A program made the position numbers and the translations under genes. Below are positions 39,573-53,154 of a DNA stretch of 64,000 bases, piece after piece. How positions within the stretch are numbered: the first letter of the stretch is position 1; every line of letters starts with the position of its first letter. Under the pieces are notes generated by a model that worked only from the letters and a program-made list of their open reading frames with translations, had not been told where the DNA came from and ran no database searches. Source of the DNA: Octopus vulgaris (taxonomy: Eukaryota); the NCBI GenBank assembly GCA_951406725.2, contig OX597816.1, positions 123,070,001 to 123,134,000 on the forward strand. The letters run 5' to 3'.

Positions 39573-39840
39573 CAGTGGTTCTCAACCATAATTTGCCTAT
39601 GGACTTCCTTTAATTTCTATCTTACTCTGGTGGACCCTCATAACCATTTGATGTTTTAAAATTCCTAATATATTTTTATATTTAAATATTACAAAGAATT
39701 ATATTTTAAAAATTTTGTTAAAATATTCCATGCATTGTAGAAGCAAAATCAGTTTATTGCACATAAATTTTAACAACAATTTATTGCACATAACAAATTT
39801 ATTGTGTAGAACCAATTTATTGCACATAAATTTTAACAAC
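39573..39840 (+). mobile_element. hAT-type MITE fragment
   Basis: Begins cagtggttctcaacc (hAT/Charlie-like TIR); internal duplication of tttattgcacataaattttaacaac; no right TIR seen. Confidence 0.45.
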
Positions 39841-40674
39841 CTGGTTCCACTACCTTGTAGGCAATCTTCATTAACTCATCAATATAGAAACAGTATAGTT
39901 GTTTTTCTTTTAGTTGATGTCATCATTGTTTAATCCACATCAGCCCTGAACAAATTGATCTATGATAAAAAGCATTCCAGTGTTGATTAATCTGTCTTTT
40001 TGTACATCTAGAATGACATTGTTCCTTGAGTGTTCCCTGTTTTAAAATGAGAGCCTGATTTAAAGGAATTTCTTTACTGCTACTTCAGTGTAAACATATT
40101 TAAAGAATATACATTTCATATTGATATGTAAGATCTGACTAAAACTTAAATAAGTAGGTGTTATCATGCTTGATATAGTGAACCATAACATTTTAATTAA
40201 TTAATATTACTCTCTTAGTGGAAAGGCTAATCATTATCTTAATAAATAACTCTGGTCAAGAGAGACAGGGAACAACTCAGAGAACTTGAAGTAACTTAAA
40301 AAATCAATTCAATATAGAATGCAGTGGAGTATGAATCTGCTTTTTGGCAAAAGTGTATCAACAAACAGTGATGATGTTTCAATCTTATTTGACCTCTTTA
40401 CCAAAGCACATTGTAACCAATACTGCTGATCTTCAATGACTAGACAAATGTATGTACAGACCTACTATTGGAGATAAGCTCTTTCTCAGTGGATTATTTC
40501 ATATATGAAAAATAAATTGCAAGAATATATCCAAAACAACTGTACTATCGTGCTAAAAAGAAATCTGAGCTTTTCATTGTCAAGACTATTATCTCCAATA
40601 AAAACCATTCTCACTCTTTAGTACATCCCACATTGTAGTTGCCATCAATGTCATCATAGTTGCCATTAGTGTCC

Positions 40675-40855
40675 TCTTTTTCTTCATCTTCCTCTTCTTC
40701 TTCTTCTTCTTCCTCCTCCTCCCATCTCCTCTTCCTTGCCCTTCTCTTCCTCCTCCTCCACTTCCTCCTCATCCCTCCTCCTCATCGTCGTTGTCCTCAC
40801 CCTCCTCTTCCTTGCCCTTCTTTTCCTCTTCCTCCACTACCTCCTCCTCCTCCAT
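40675..40855. repeat. (TCT)/(CCT) pyrimidine-rich low-complexity tract
   Basis: Direct inspection. Confidence 0.9.
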
Positions 40856-41606
40856 AATGTCACAAATTTTATCAGCATTTTGCTCTGATTTTCTCTCCAC
40901 ATTCACCTTTTACTATGTACTTCTGTCTATTGACAGTTCCTGACACAGTGTTATGTATGCATGAAGAACAAAACACTGATTGCTCACTAAATGTATTTAG
41001 CTCTCTGTATGCTGTTACTGAACTGTTAGCAGCAGAAGAAACAGCCTGCAGTTAACTAAATAATAAAAAAAAAAAATATTTGATGCTATGCAAATGTCTA
41101 ATGAACTGGGACATACAGAATTAGATATTTTGAATATAAGTGCTAGGAAGAGCTGGTAAAATGATATAAGCAGGTTAACTGTGTGACTAATACATTTGTA
41201 TCATACTGGGAAGATGTCTAATTCCTCAAAATTTATTCAAAATAGTATTAGAATGAAATTCTCCAAAGATGTTAAAATAACACAATAAAAGTTTCTCTTT
41301 CTGTTGTTGCAATAAGGAAAAAAGAGTTAAAGAACAAAATTGAGATAAAGTAAACAGAATTAAAGATACACAATGTTTCACAGTATTGTCACATGGTCTG
41401 TTGGAAGATGGAGAAATATTTAAGGAGGGTGAAATATCGAAGAAATGGAGGTGAAGTGGAGTGGAGATTTTCTTTATCTTCAATGTCTAAAGGGGAAAAA
41501 ATCTTTCTCATTATAACTAAGCTGGTGGTCAGTTCTATGTCGGAATATTTCTGGTTCACTACATCTAATCAAGATGATGTTTCATAATGGAAAAACCATG
41601 GAGATA

Positions 41607-41644
<38 letters not shown>

Positions 41645-43625
41645 TGAGGCATAAGGGACAGAGAAATGAGAAAATAAAAGATTATTTCCATCTTATTTTC
41701 AACTTTTGTTTTTAATTTTCTGTTTCCTTTCCTTGGTCTTACTAACACAAATATTATTATATTTTTCTCCTTTATTTTTCTTATGCGATCAATATTTTGA
41801 AGAGGAAAAATATAAAGAATAAAACAGATGTCACTATATTACTAGCACTTGTTTTATCAACCCTTGAAGGGGAAAAAGGACAATGTTGAATCAGCTGGAA
41901 CTCAGAATGAATATGAAATTGGTTATAGTCAGTTATCTAATTGTTAGTGTCTTTGTGTGATTGCTACTGTCCTTAGGGTTTTGAAATATCATCCATCTAG
42001 AATTTAATACGGTTATATCTGGCCCAAACATTCCATCTGTTTTATGTTAAAACTGACCAGATCCAATCTCTCATACCTACCCTATAGTGTCATTCTAAAA
42101 ATATAAAAATACACCATTGAAATCCTGAAGTTAGAAAATAATGCATGATTAATTCAAAACCATGTGAATAAATAAGCAATTTATTTGACAGAATAATCTA
42201 AATGCTAAAGGGTTAATAACTATGAACTGAGTACATTGGACAAAAGGTAAGCTTTTGGAGAGCTGAATCAGTGACTGAGATTTAATATCCAGTTAAAGCT
42301 GAGGCCATTTCGCACCACTTATATCACTAATGTTCTTTAAAAATATATGAATGTCAGATAATCATTTAAATCCTTACATATTATAAATCCAAATTCAATG
42401 GGTTCACGAAAGAAATCAGAATCAGTTAACTCAGCTTTAGCTTGGCTGTTATGCTTTTAGTAGCATCAACTAACTATGAAATCAAACTAACAACACAATC
42501 ACGATCTTTAATATAACAAAACATGTTTGACTGTTACCATTTCAGCAAACTTAATTTTAGAATAAAATTAGACATGATCAAAGACAAGTAAATTTTTTAA
42601 TTGCTTGTTTTTACCATGCTAGGTAAACTGCTTAGTGACATTTCATCCATTTTCACATACTGAGTTTAATTTCTGCCATGGTTGACTTTGCCTTTCATTA
42701 TTTTGAAGTTGATTAATTAACACTAGTTGAACACTGGATTCAATGTAATCGACTTATCACTTCACCTAAAATTGCTGACCTTGTGCCAAAATTCGAAATT
42801 ACTAAATATTGCTATTTATATATGTATTTCAATAAATTAAAAATCCTCCTTAGAAAGATAACCAAGATATATATTCTTTTTTTTTTCTTAAATACATATA
42901 TACATGTATGCATTTATATATACATATATGTACATAACTACATATATATATATATATATATATACATATATATACATGCATATATGGGTACAAGACATCA
43001 AAAAAGTGAACAAGAAGAGAAACAAAAACATGGGAAAACGAACATATTTTTCTAACAACAAAAGAAACAAATAGAGAAACGAGACAGGTAACATAAAGAA
43101 TATTCCCTTCATCAGTTGTTCCCTGTTCTATCTACTCTGCATTTTGAATGTAGAGACAATTTGAGTTAGGAAGAAAGAAAGATAGATAGCTAGCTGTTGG
43201 TCATGTGTGAGCTACGAGAGAGTCAAGGAGGAAGTGTGAAGGAGAGAGAGGGAATGGTGAAGGAGAGAGAAGAATTAGAGAAGGAGTGGGAGAGAAAAAC
43301 AGAAAGGAAGAAGAACAAGAGAGGGAGATAGAATCGAGATAGTTGGAGAATACGCATTGGAATTATTAAGATAAAACTTACTTGGAAATGGATGTGTGGT
43401 GTTCGATCATATATATATATATGTAAATATATATATGATGGACTTCTTTCAGTTTCTGTCTACCAAATCCACTCACAAGGTTTTGGTTAGCCTGAGGCTA
43501 TAATAGAAGACACTTGCCCAAATGTCCACACAGTATGACTGAACCCTGAACCATGTGGTTGAGAAGCAAACTTTTTACCACACTGCCACACTTGTGCCCA
43601 TATTACACAGCCACACCTTACTTAA

Positions 43626-43847
43626 CCCTTTCGATACCAACCCGGCTGAAACCAGCTCTGGTTCTGTAGTACAAATATCTTGCTTTCATAATTTTTGAAT
43701 TAAAATCTTCCATCAAACCTTAGTCACAATTTATGTTCCTAACACTATCTTAATGAAAGCTGAGTTATTTTACTAAATTCTTTGTTATATTTAAAATTAA
43801 TTGAAAGAAACACAGAGCATCTCAAAATAAATACAGTAATGTAAGGG
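43626..43847 (+). mobile_element. piggyBac-type MITE
   Basis: TTAA-ccctttcgatacc ... cagtaatgtaaggg-TTAA; TTAA target duplication. Confidence 0.8.
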
Positions 43848-44684
43848 TTAAAGAGTTGCAGGGAGTGATATCAATAAGCATGATATAAGGTCAAGTTTAC
43901 TTATTCACGAAAGGTACAAAAAGTTGAATGCTTGCTAAAAATAAAAAATCATAAAATATTCTGTATTTCAAGGCTGTATGGTTGCTCAAATCAAAATATC
44001 ATTAGTGAGAAATGCCTTTTTTATGTTGGTTCTCTTACATACCATAATGTAATTTGTGATTGGTGCAGCTTAACCTCAGGTCAACACTGATCAAATATAT
44101 CTATGTTTAGTGCCATTCCAATTGTGACAATCCCATCTCTTTTTCCTATTTCATTATTTTTTAGTGCTGAATGTTTCTAAAACATTCACATCCAATGTAT
44201 TCCTTTTAAAAAGATGATAAGTGTTTCAGGGAGATTTGACTGATACATTCACACACACACACACACACACATACATACATACATAAATACATACATTCAC
44301 AAAGGCACAATCACATACACACACACACTAAGGAAAATGACCATATAGATGCTTCTGCATTAGTTCCTATTAATCAAAGGATATAAATGAGATAGTTAAA
44401 GCTTAAAATCTAGGGAAAGGACTGAAGGGCAAGATTTAGGTGTTATTGCAAGTATGGTTAATGAGGCAATAAAGAAAAAAATCCGAGAAATTTCCAGATG
44501 AACAGAGATAATTGATGAGCTACAAAAAGTGTTACACTCAATGCTGATGTGCTAAAATTGGTGTTGTAGTAGCTGTTTTAGGTTTATCAAGTTGTACATG
44601 AAGTTCTACCCAATTACAGGAATAGTAAGAGATTTTTCTAGACAAATGAGATACTAAAGTTATATGTAACTAACAATATAAATG

Positions 44685-45241
44685 TTAGAAATATTGCATT
44701 TCTAAATCTCTCAAAGAGAGTTTTGCAGTAGCAGTAGCAGTATGATAAAGTGATGGCTTGTTGCCAACTTAATGTGGTAGTCATAGGAAAGGGGAAAATG
44801 ATACTGCTATTTAGCTCCAAGAAACACTGTTTCTAGTTGGCTATGTGACACAAGCATTCTGTATCCTTAAGTTTTCAAACAGGGGAGATAATCACCTTCA
44901 CCCAACAAAGCCAGTACCCAGAGACTAGTTTCAGGGTAGTTGCTCTTCATCACTCTGGAGTAGCTTGGCTTTGCTGGCTGTCAGTGATAAATCACTGTTG
45001 AAAACTTATAGAATTTCAAGTGAAATAAATTCACTGATCTACAAAATTAGAAATATTGCATTTCTAAATCTCTCGGATGCTAGCTTTGTTGGGTGGAGGT
45101 GCTTATCTTCCTTGTTTGAAAACTTAAGGACACAGAACGCTTGTCACGTAGCCAACTAGAAACGGTGTTTCTTGGAACTAAATAACAGTAGCATTCTTCC
45201 CTTTCCTGGGACTGCCACATTAAGCTGGCAAAAAGCCATCA
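44685..45241. mobile_element. Penelope pLTR-like relic: ~175-bp inverted repeat flanking a hammerhead motif
   Basis: Arms ~44751-44924 and ~45070-45241; direct repeat ttagaaatattgcatttctaaatctctc at ~44685 and ~45047. Confidence 0.65.
44918..44958 (-). ncRNA. Minimal type I hammerhead ribozyme motif with core substitution (probably inactive)
   Basis: CCAGA-gUGAUGA-AGAG[caacua]CCCU-GAAA-CUAG-UC-UCUGG. Stem I is a perfect 5 bp, helix III is palindromic ACUAGU, and C3 is replaced by G. Confidence 0.6.
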
Positions 45242-47353
45242 GTATAAATCACAGCTGGCAGAAAAGGGAAACGAACATGCAATCCAGTGAGAAAAGTATT
45301 AAAAATAACCGTTAACAGATATATATATTGTTAGCTGCTAGGAACAATTGATCCACTTACACATTTAGTTTTCATTTGTAAAGGGTTCACTCTATTATTA
45401 TCCAGTTTGTTCTGAGTAATGTAAGTTACAAGTAGTAGCTCAGTCAGGAATTAACTTTACAAGCAAGTGTTCTTTAATTATATTTATTCAGAGTAATCTT
45501 TAAGATATGCTGATGAAATGCATACAGGGGAATTTCATTGTCTTCTTAGAATAACTTTTGCTCAACGTTTAGAAAGGAAGTTAATAGGAATTCATTATTG
45601 TGTATTGAGTTGAAACAAAATTTACAGAAGCTGTGCAAGATTTCTGGCAGACTGACACAGAGAACTAGAAATTTAGAAATTTAGTTGCCTCTGCTATGGC
45701 AACTGGCAGAATATACAACTGTAGAGAAATAGACAGTTGGTAAAGAGAGTACAAGTTAAAACAGCAAGACTATATTTCTTATGATCATCTACTGTATAAT
45801 GAAATGTATAGAGCTGCAGGTTTGCATTCAAACAAGGTTGATAAGAGGTGGATAGATGAGTGAGTCAGTTTTATATAAGTGGTGGCAGTTCAAGACCTGT
45901 CTACATCAAGTAATACAAGCCATTATGGAGATCATGCTATTATGTAGTCATTCAGCTGATGTGCTACATGCCATAAGCTGGCATAATCAGAGTTGACCTG
46001 GAGCTTTATAGAAACAACAAAAGAAGACAATAAATATTTTGTGAATTCAAGATAGGTCACCAATGTCTTAATATAAATTGTAAAGATGTTGATGATGAGA
46101 GGAATACTTCAGTTATTAGTTTGTTTTTGTTTTTTTGTTTTTTTGCAAAATAAGATAAATATGTGTGAAGAAATTAACCTAATTGTATGCCACACAGAAG
46201 ATTGACACAGAGTTTGAAAAAGACAAACAAGAAAACAACTTTAATAATAACTTTTAAATAATCATTAATTAAAAGTTTATCTGCATCTATACAAATTGAA
46301 CAAAGAAAACATGCTCTAGTATTATCTCACTAAATAATTGGTGCTAAAAATATTAGAATAATTAAGCATATGAATTCTTAGGTATTTAGCATGGACTCAT
46401 ATTGTTCTGCATTTATGAGGAAGAATAGAAAAAGTTACTTGAAGTGTAAATGAGAATTAAACAAGAACTAAATTTTTACCAATTTCCTACTTTTTCACGG
46501 TGAAAAATTTGTCTCAGAACTAAAGACATTACAGTGAATTGGTGTTCATGAACTGAAAAAGAATTATAAAGCAGTAATGTACAGTAACAAGAATATTTTG
46601 GATGAACAAAATAATGTTCCATGTTCAGTTATGCTTGAATGAGCTGCCATTAGAATTGTTACAGTTAATTTGTTAAACCGAAATGATTGAATAATGTTTA
46701 AACAGAAAGTTTGGCATGTTTGCATATGATTATGAACACAAAACAGTATCATAATTATGTGGAAGTGTGTGTGTGTGTGTGCAAGTCATTATGCAAACTG
46801 GTGGTATCTTCTTTAGCAGACTGATACTGACATGGTTAAAGATTTTCCCATCTGTTTATTGTTGAAAATGGGCTACGACTGTCTTGAATTCCACACCAAA
46901 ATAAGTTTGTTCTATTGTTATGTTTCATAACAAAATACTTTTTGTTCTTTTGGGAGAAACCAATTGCTTGATTTATTATATGGGTTCTTTCTTTTATGTT
47001 AGAGAATAAAATACATGGTAACAATAAGAACAAGTCTAGCATAGTTTTCAGCCAATACAAATGTATTTCTAAGTCTTCATTGTATTCAGTTTTGTTTTAA
47101 TCCAATGGAATTACATCTAACATAGTTGAATTCCTTTATTTGTAGCTGAACTATGATTTAAAAGATTATTATATATTTATGTATATTATATATATATTAT
47201 ATTATATTTATATATATTATATTATATAAACTGCTAATGTGAGTCACAGAAGCAAATACGTAAGGATAAAAGTAGTAGAATATGCTACAAATTGCTCAGA
47301 TAACTCCCTAAACATAACTATTAGTTTTTATTCCTCAGATTATTAATCATTTT

Positions 47354-47768
47354 AGGCATAGGAGGGGCTGTGTGGTAAGTAGCTTGCTTACCAACCACAT
47401 GGTTCTGGGTTTAGTCCCACTGCATGGCACCTTAAGCAAGCGTCTTCTACTATAGCCTCGGGTTGACCAAAGCCTTGTGAGTGGATTTGGTAGACGGAAA
47501 CTGCAAGAAGCCCGTTGTATATATGTATGTATATATATATATGTATGTATGTGTGTTGTTTGTGTGTCTGTGTCTGTTCCCCCAACATCGCTTGACAACC
47601 GATGCTGGTGTGTTTACGTCCCCGTAACTTAGCGGTTTTGCAAAAGAGATGGATAGAATAAGTACTAAGCTTACAAAGATAAAGTCCTGAGGTCGATTTG
47701 CTCAACTAAAGGTGGTGCTCCAGCATGGCCACAGTCAAATGACTGAAACAAATAAAAGAAATAAAGAA
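47354..47768 (+). mobile_element. tRNA-derived SINE family A, full length
   Basis: Head ggcataggaggggctgtgtggtaagtagcttgcttaccaaccacatggttctgggtttagtccc (A/B-box-like); tail ccagcatggccacagtcaaatgactgaaacaaataaaagaa. Confidence 0.85.
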
Positions 47769-48363
47769 TCTAGTGGTTATTAAAGGTATTAGTGTCAGAC
47801 AATTTTACTTTTAGTGGAATAACTAAGGATAGAAGAAGGTTAGTATGATGCTGCTACTTTTTTAGTTCCAAGTGATGCGATCACAGAATAGATTTTGATG
47901 TTCTCACTGTGACAAACATGTCTTTTGATATATTCCATTCAAGGGAGATATGATTACTATTTCTAGTGAGTTGAAGGGCTTTTTTAGTTACTTAACGTTC
48001 AATAAATTATTCTGTTTGCAATAAAATGTCACTCTCTCCTCCCCACCTCACCCCAGAACCATTTGTTAATGTGTGATGATTGGGAATTGATTTGAGGAAT
48101 ATGATGCTTGATTATCTTGATTATGACATGCTAAAGATAAAGTTGCATGAGCAGTGAAGTGCAAGAAAACTGGAACAAAATGGAAATTAAAAGCAACAAC
48201 CAATGTGCACAGGATACAAAAAAATCTCAACTAATATGACCATGTCATGCATATGGATATCTTCTGGCTGAAAACATAAAATGTACTGATAGTGAAAATA
48301 TTCCTGGAGAGAGGAATATCAAGAAAGGAATAGAAATAAGTATCTGTTGATATAATATCTTAA

Positions 48364-48573
48364 CCCTTTTGTTACCATATTTATTTTGAGATGCTATGTG
48401 TTTCTTTCAATTATTTTAAATATAACAAAGAATTTAATAAAATAACTTAGTTATCATTAAGCTAGCATTAGGAACATAAACTGTGACTAAGGTTTGGTGG
48501 AAGATTTTAATTCAAAACTTATGAAAACAAGGCATTTATACTGCAGAGCCAGAGCTGGTTGGTATCGAAAGGG
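48364..48573 (-). mobile_element. piggyBac-type MITE, inverted copy of 43626-43847
   Basis: TTAA-cccttttgttacc...ggtatcgaaaggg; reverse-complement homology to the 43626 copy. Confidence 0.8.
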
Positions 48574-50212
48574 GTAGGCTGCAGGCTGGCAGAATCGTTA
48601 GCATGTTGGACAAAATGCTTAGCAGCATTTCATTCAGCTTTATGTTCTGAGTTCAAATTCTGCTGAAGTTGAACATGATCATGATAATAATGATTATGGT
48701 GGTAGTGGTGGTGGTGGTGGTGGTGATGGTGAATGAGTTATATTACAGTCTTGCTCAAATCAACCCATTTAGGCAAAAAAATGAACATTATGAAGATAGC
48801 AATGAGATCAATAATTGTTATTATCCTTATCACCATAAATCATATAAACGTAATTCTAAAGAACTAGCTTTTAATTTTTCTACATCTATATATTTAAGAT
48901 ATTTCATACTAAGAGACAAAGCCATCATTGCTAGTTTTATTTCATTTAATAGAAAGCTTTGTAGTTAATGTAGTGTAACAAAGTAAAATAGTTAGACAAT
49001 ACATAAGAAGAACATCACGTTCAAATACAATATTATCTACATAGTATATTCTGATACTATGCATAATAAATTTTTGGGGATATGCTCTAATTCGGTGGTG
49101 GACTTCCCTTCTGATTAGCTTTATCTGTATATTGGCAATGTTTCCATTTTAAAATGATGTACAACTCTTTTAAAGTTATCTCTCTAGTTTTAATATTCAA
49201 CAGATGTGATTTCGTTTACAGATATTTGTCTATTCTTCCATTTTAGTTAACAAATTTCTTTTCTTTATACTCAGTAAATGGAGATAAAAGAAACATCTTA
49301 GATATTTAAATACTTAAATATTTAGAAATACTCCCAGTCAGTAAAACATTTCCTTAACAAATCCTTTTCATTGATTTACAGAATCCATTGTTGAGATATA
49401 TTTCAAAACCATTTCAGATTGTTCAAGAGATCTTAGCAGCTTATGCCTTTTAGCATAATATACTTGCCTTCAGCTGAATTAATTAGATTTCCTCATTATG
49501 TCTTTGAAATATCGACATTTTATTATCTGAAATGTTGCAGGCATAATAATGGTCATATATGATCACAGATTCTGATGTGGAAACAAAAAGAATCTAAGGA
49601 GATTAATGAGGAATGACATAAACTTTTATTAAAAAAATAAAAACCAGAAGTGTTTGATAACAGACTGTTTGTAATGTTAATACACACTGCTAAGTTACAT
49701 ATTGTGAAGGTAGACTTAATTCTTTTATAGTTGGCAAATGTCTCCTACCTTACTGTGAAAATATGTATAAGTTAATAATCAGTATTTCTCTATCTTACAT
49801 TATTACCATTAATAACATCAGGTTTCTTGATGTATTTATCAATGGATCATTAGAGTTATTAACTTCAAAAGTATACAAATATGTTGACTGCTGCTGCTCA
49901 GTATTGCACAGTTACTCATTGAATATCCAGAGCAGAAGAGCAAGGATTATTCTGTTTGGATAACTGATTGCTTAAATAGCTGATTTGATTGTAAAGAAAG
50001 AATGTCATGTACAACATAATTATATAAAATACATGTTTATGAGAATTTAGTGTTTTGGATTAAAAAATATATTCTTGTGCAATCCTGCTTCACATACATC
50101 CCTTTGCAATCCATGCAAGTATGGAAAAACATGTATTAAATGAACAAGTACTTGTTTATTATATGTATGTATTCATATATGTGTGTGTGCATGTAGCACA
50201 CACATATATATG

Positions 50213-50244
<32 letters not shown>

Positions 50245-51117
50245 TGTATTCATGTACGTATGTATGTGTGTGTGTGTGTGTAATTTGGTGAAGCAAATAG
50301 GGAAACAGAACTCAAATAATATATATAACTCCTACAAAATGTGTTGAGTGCCTTTTTCTTTTGTTTTTCCACTCACATGTTTAAGGCTCAGATGAAACTG
50401 TAAGGTGTTACTCAAGCATTCATCTATGAGTTTCACCACATCTTAAGGTGGAAATAATCATTTATTCCTGGGCCAAATCATCTTGCATGTCACAATTTTT
50501 GGGAATAGCTTCTATCATAGGATGCTCGTTGTATTGCCAACCACAATACAGCATGTTCTGTATGCATTCTGTAATGGTACCAGCACTAGCGAGGTTATCT
50601 TATCTGTGGCAAAACCTAAAGAAACCTCTATGATCTTTGATTTCTCTGTTCATTCACTAATTGGCATCAGAGAGTTTGTTTCAATCTTGGTAAGACTAAA
50701 AAGCATCTCCTCTTTCCTGTGTTGTCATGGTCATTTACATGTTCCTTTCTTTTCCAACCAGCTTGATAGGAAGAGAAACAGAAGAGATCTAGCATGATAG
50801 ACATAAGTATCCAAGAGGAGAAAGAGAAAGAGGTACTATGAGTAAGGAGGCTGAATAAAACCATCATGTATATGCATACTGTATGTGTATTTATGTACAT
50901 GTTTTCAAACCAAAGTTAAATACCATTTTGTCAATGCCATAACTTAGCAGTTTGAAGAATATTGCTGTTGATGTGAATGACTAAATCCCTTGAGGGTAGT
51001 ACTTCAGCAAGGCCAGAGTCCAGTCATTGTTATCAGTGAATGACTAAAAAAGAATGACATTCTATAAATCTCTATTTATGATACATAATTTTCAATCAAA
51101 ATTATGGGTGAGTTTAA

Positions 51118-51222
51118 CTTTTAGCACACTAGGTGCATTGTGTCACCGTAGAAGTTTTCTCCCCTGTAATAACAGGACAGTGGCAGGGGGAAAATTCTAG
51201 AAAAAATGCAGTGTGCTAAAGG
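51118..51222. mobile_element. 105-bp piggyBac-type mini-MITE
   Basis: TTAA-cttttagcacact ... agtgtgctaaagg-TTAA; internal IR ttttctcccctg/cagggggaaaa. Confidence 0.75.
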
Positions 51223-51419
51223 TTAATATGCAATATTGGGTAGCAAAATATGTCCTCATCTACTTTTATTAAAAAAAAAACAGTATTCATAGTCCTTTTT
51301 CCATTTTGTTTTTAATTAGATATTTATATATTTTATATAAAACTAAATAATAAAACTATTATATTGGATTATAGTAGATTATCTGTTTCTGTAGGCATTG
51401 TGTAAGAATGAATTATATA

Positions 51420-51637
51420 GTGTGGTGAGCTGGTGGAATCGTTAGCATGCTGGGCGAAATGCTTAGTGGTATTTTGTCTGCTGTTATGTTCTGAGTTCAA
51501 ATTCCACCGAGGTCGATTTTGCCTTTTATCCTTTTAGGGTCAATAAATTAAGTACCAGTTGTGTACTGGGGTCGATCTAATCGACTGGGCCACCCTCGCT
51601 AAAAATTTTGGTCCTTGTGCCTAGAGTATAAAAGAAT
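51420..51637 (+). mobile_element. SINE family B, full length
   Basis: gtgagctggtggaatcgttagc...gagttcaaattccaccgaggtcgattttgccttttatcc...aagtaccagttgtgtactggggtcgatc. Confidence 0.85.
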
Positions 51638-51641
51638 TATA

Positions 51642-51858
51642 CAGGGTCTCTATAATTTGTCTTTACAACTGAAAAATTCAAGAAACAAAACATGAAAATC
51701 TAAGGATAACTCAGCAGAATTTATTGACAAACAAATAGCATTTTATTAGAAACATTAGAAAACTTCGAAGTGGACTTCATTGGTTGGATGCAACACATCT
51801 AGACTATACAATACAATAAATTGTGTAAGTTGTAAAGATAATTTATGAAAACCATCTA
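51642..51858. mobile_element. Tc1/mariner-type MITE
   Basis: TA-cagggtctctataatttgtctttacaact ... agttgtaaagataatttatgaaaacc imperfect TIRs. Confidence 0.6.
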
Positions 51859-52395
51859 TACGGTATTAAAATTCAGACAATTTAGGTTTAAAAATTTAGA
51901 TGCATATTTTACATGGATTTTCGTAATGCTTTAAATCACTAACCAGCATTCATTCTGTCATTCATTCCAAGTGGTACAATTCTATGATGGCAAAGATTTA
52001 TGTAATTTTCTTTTTAGATCAATAGTAACAACATAACTCATTAGATATCATAGTGATTTATGATGGAACATTTTCTATAGTAAAGAAAATCAATTATAAA
52101 TGTATGATGTAGAAGGTTACAAGAGTTAAAAGAAATTATCTATTGTCCATAGATTATGATTATACAACGCTGAAAACTAGGAATGAAAGACATAATAACC
52201 ACTAGAATTTTACTTTGAACTATCAATGTGAGAGGGGGGAATATATCCACACCAAGGAAACTGCCTTGAAATTCATACACATATGAGCACATATATACAC
52301 ACACATGTGCACATGAGTGTGTGTGTGTGTGTGTATCATGAAGAAAAGTTCAATATTTGGATGGTTATGTAAATCAGAGGGGTGAAGGGTGATCA

Positions 52396-52500
52396 GTAAA
52401 TTCCACCATGGTAAATTCCATCATGGAAAATTCCACCAAGTAAATTTCACCATAGGTAAATTCCACCACAGTATATTCCACAATGGTAATTTACACCATG
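52396..52500. repeat. Seven-copy ~15-bp tandem repeat (gtaaattccaccatg)
   Basis: Units start at 52396, 52411, 52426, 52440, 52456, 52471 and 52486. Confidence 0.9.
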
Positions 52501-52503
52501 TGA

Positions 52504-52547
<44 letters not shown>

Positions 52548-52549
<2 letters not shown>

Positions 52550-53104
52550 GCCCTGATGCAGTACCAGGCAGTGGTTCTTGTGGCTTCTGATCTTAACTGA
52601 TTGGAAGTGTTATCATGTACATTGTTTTGTCTTGGTATAAACGATGGGCTACAGCAAATATTCTGCTCAATACCACAGATTTGCTTGTCAGTTGTTTGAC
52701 TGTAACCAGTTGAGCATGTCCCTTAGTGGCTGACGATATGTGCATCTCTGATCACGAGCAGGAGTATATGGGGGAGCATCATAGCCATGTGTTGAGAGGG
52801 ATTCTTTGGGGTTTGAATAATTCACCTCTGGAAACATGGGTGGTTCTTTCAACATCCTTAAACAACCCTTATTCAGGGACCTTTTGAGCGGGATGGGCTA
52901 CTCAACCTGAAGAAAATTCTAACTGGGCCCCACCTGCAAGGTCATGTGCTGTTTATCTTGATTTGAGATCACCATGTCGCGCACATATGGTTGTGATGCA
53001 TGTGCCTGGTGTACCCTTATCAGACGGGTAGTCATGATGGGTATATTGGGCTTCGTATATTTTACCCCAGTGTCACTTTGATGGCATGAACTGCTCTCTC
53101 ACTC
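52548..53104. mobile_element. ~557-bp non-coding element embedded in an (AAT)n microsatellite
   Basis: Relatively GC-rich block with sharp edges, flanked by (AAT)n on both sides; no ORF of 60 aa or more. Confidence 0.55.
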
Positions 53105-53154
53105 AATAATAATAATAATAATAATAATTATTATTATTATTATTATTATCATTC

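Noticed and set aside
43095-43160. CTGATGA on the minus strand as a hammerhead (also plus strand 7778 and 6956)
   Set aside because: No closable helix II followed by GAAA and stem I could be built.
52396-52500. CRISPR array or NF-kB site cluster
   Set aside because: A spacerless 15-bp tandem; the single ggaaaattcc is a variant of the repeat unit.
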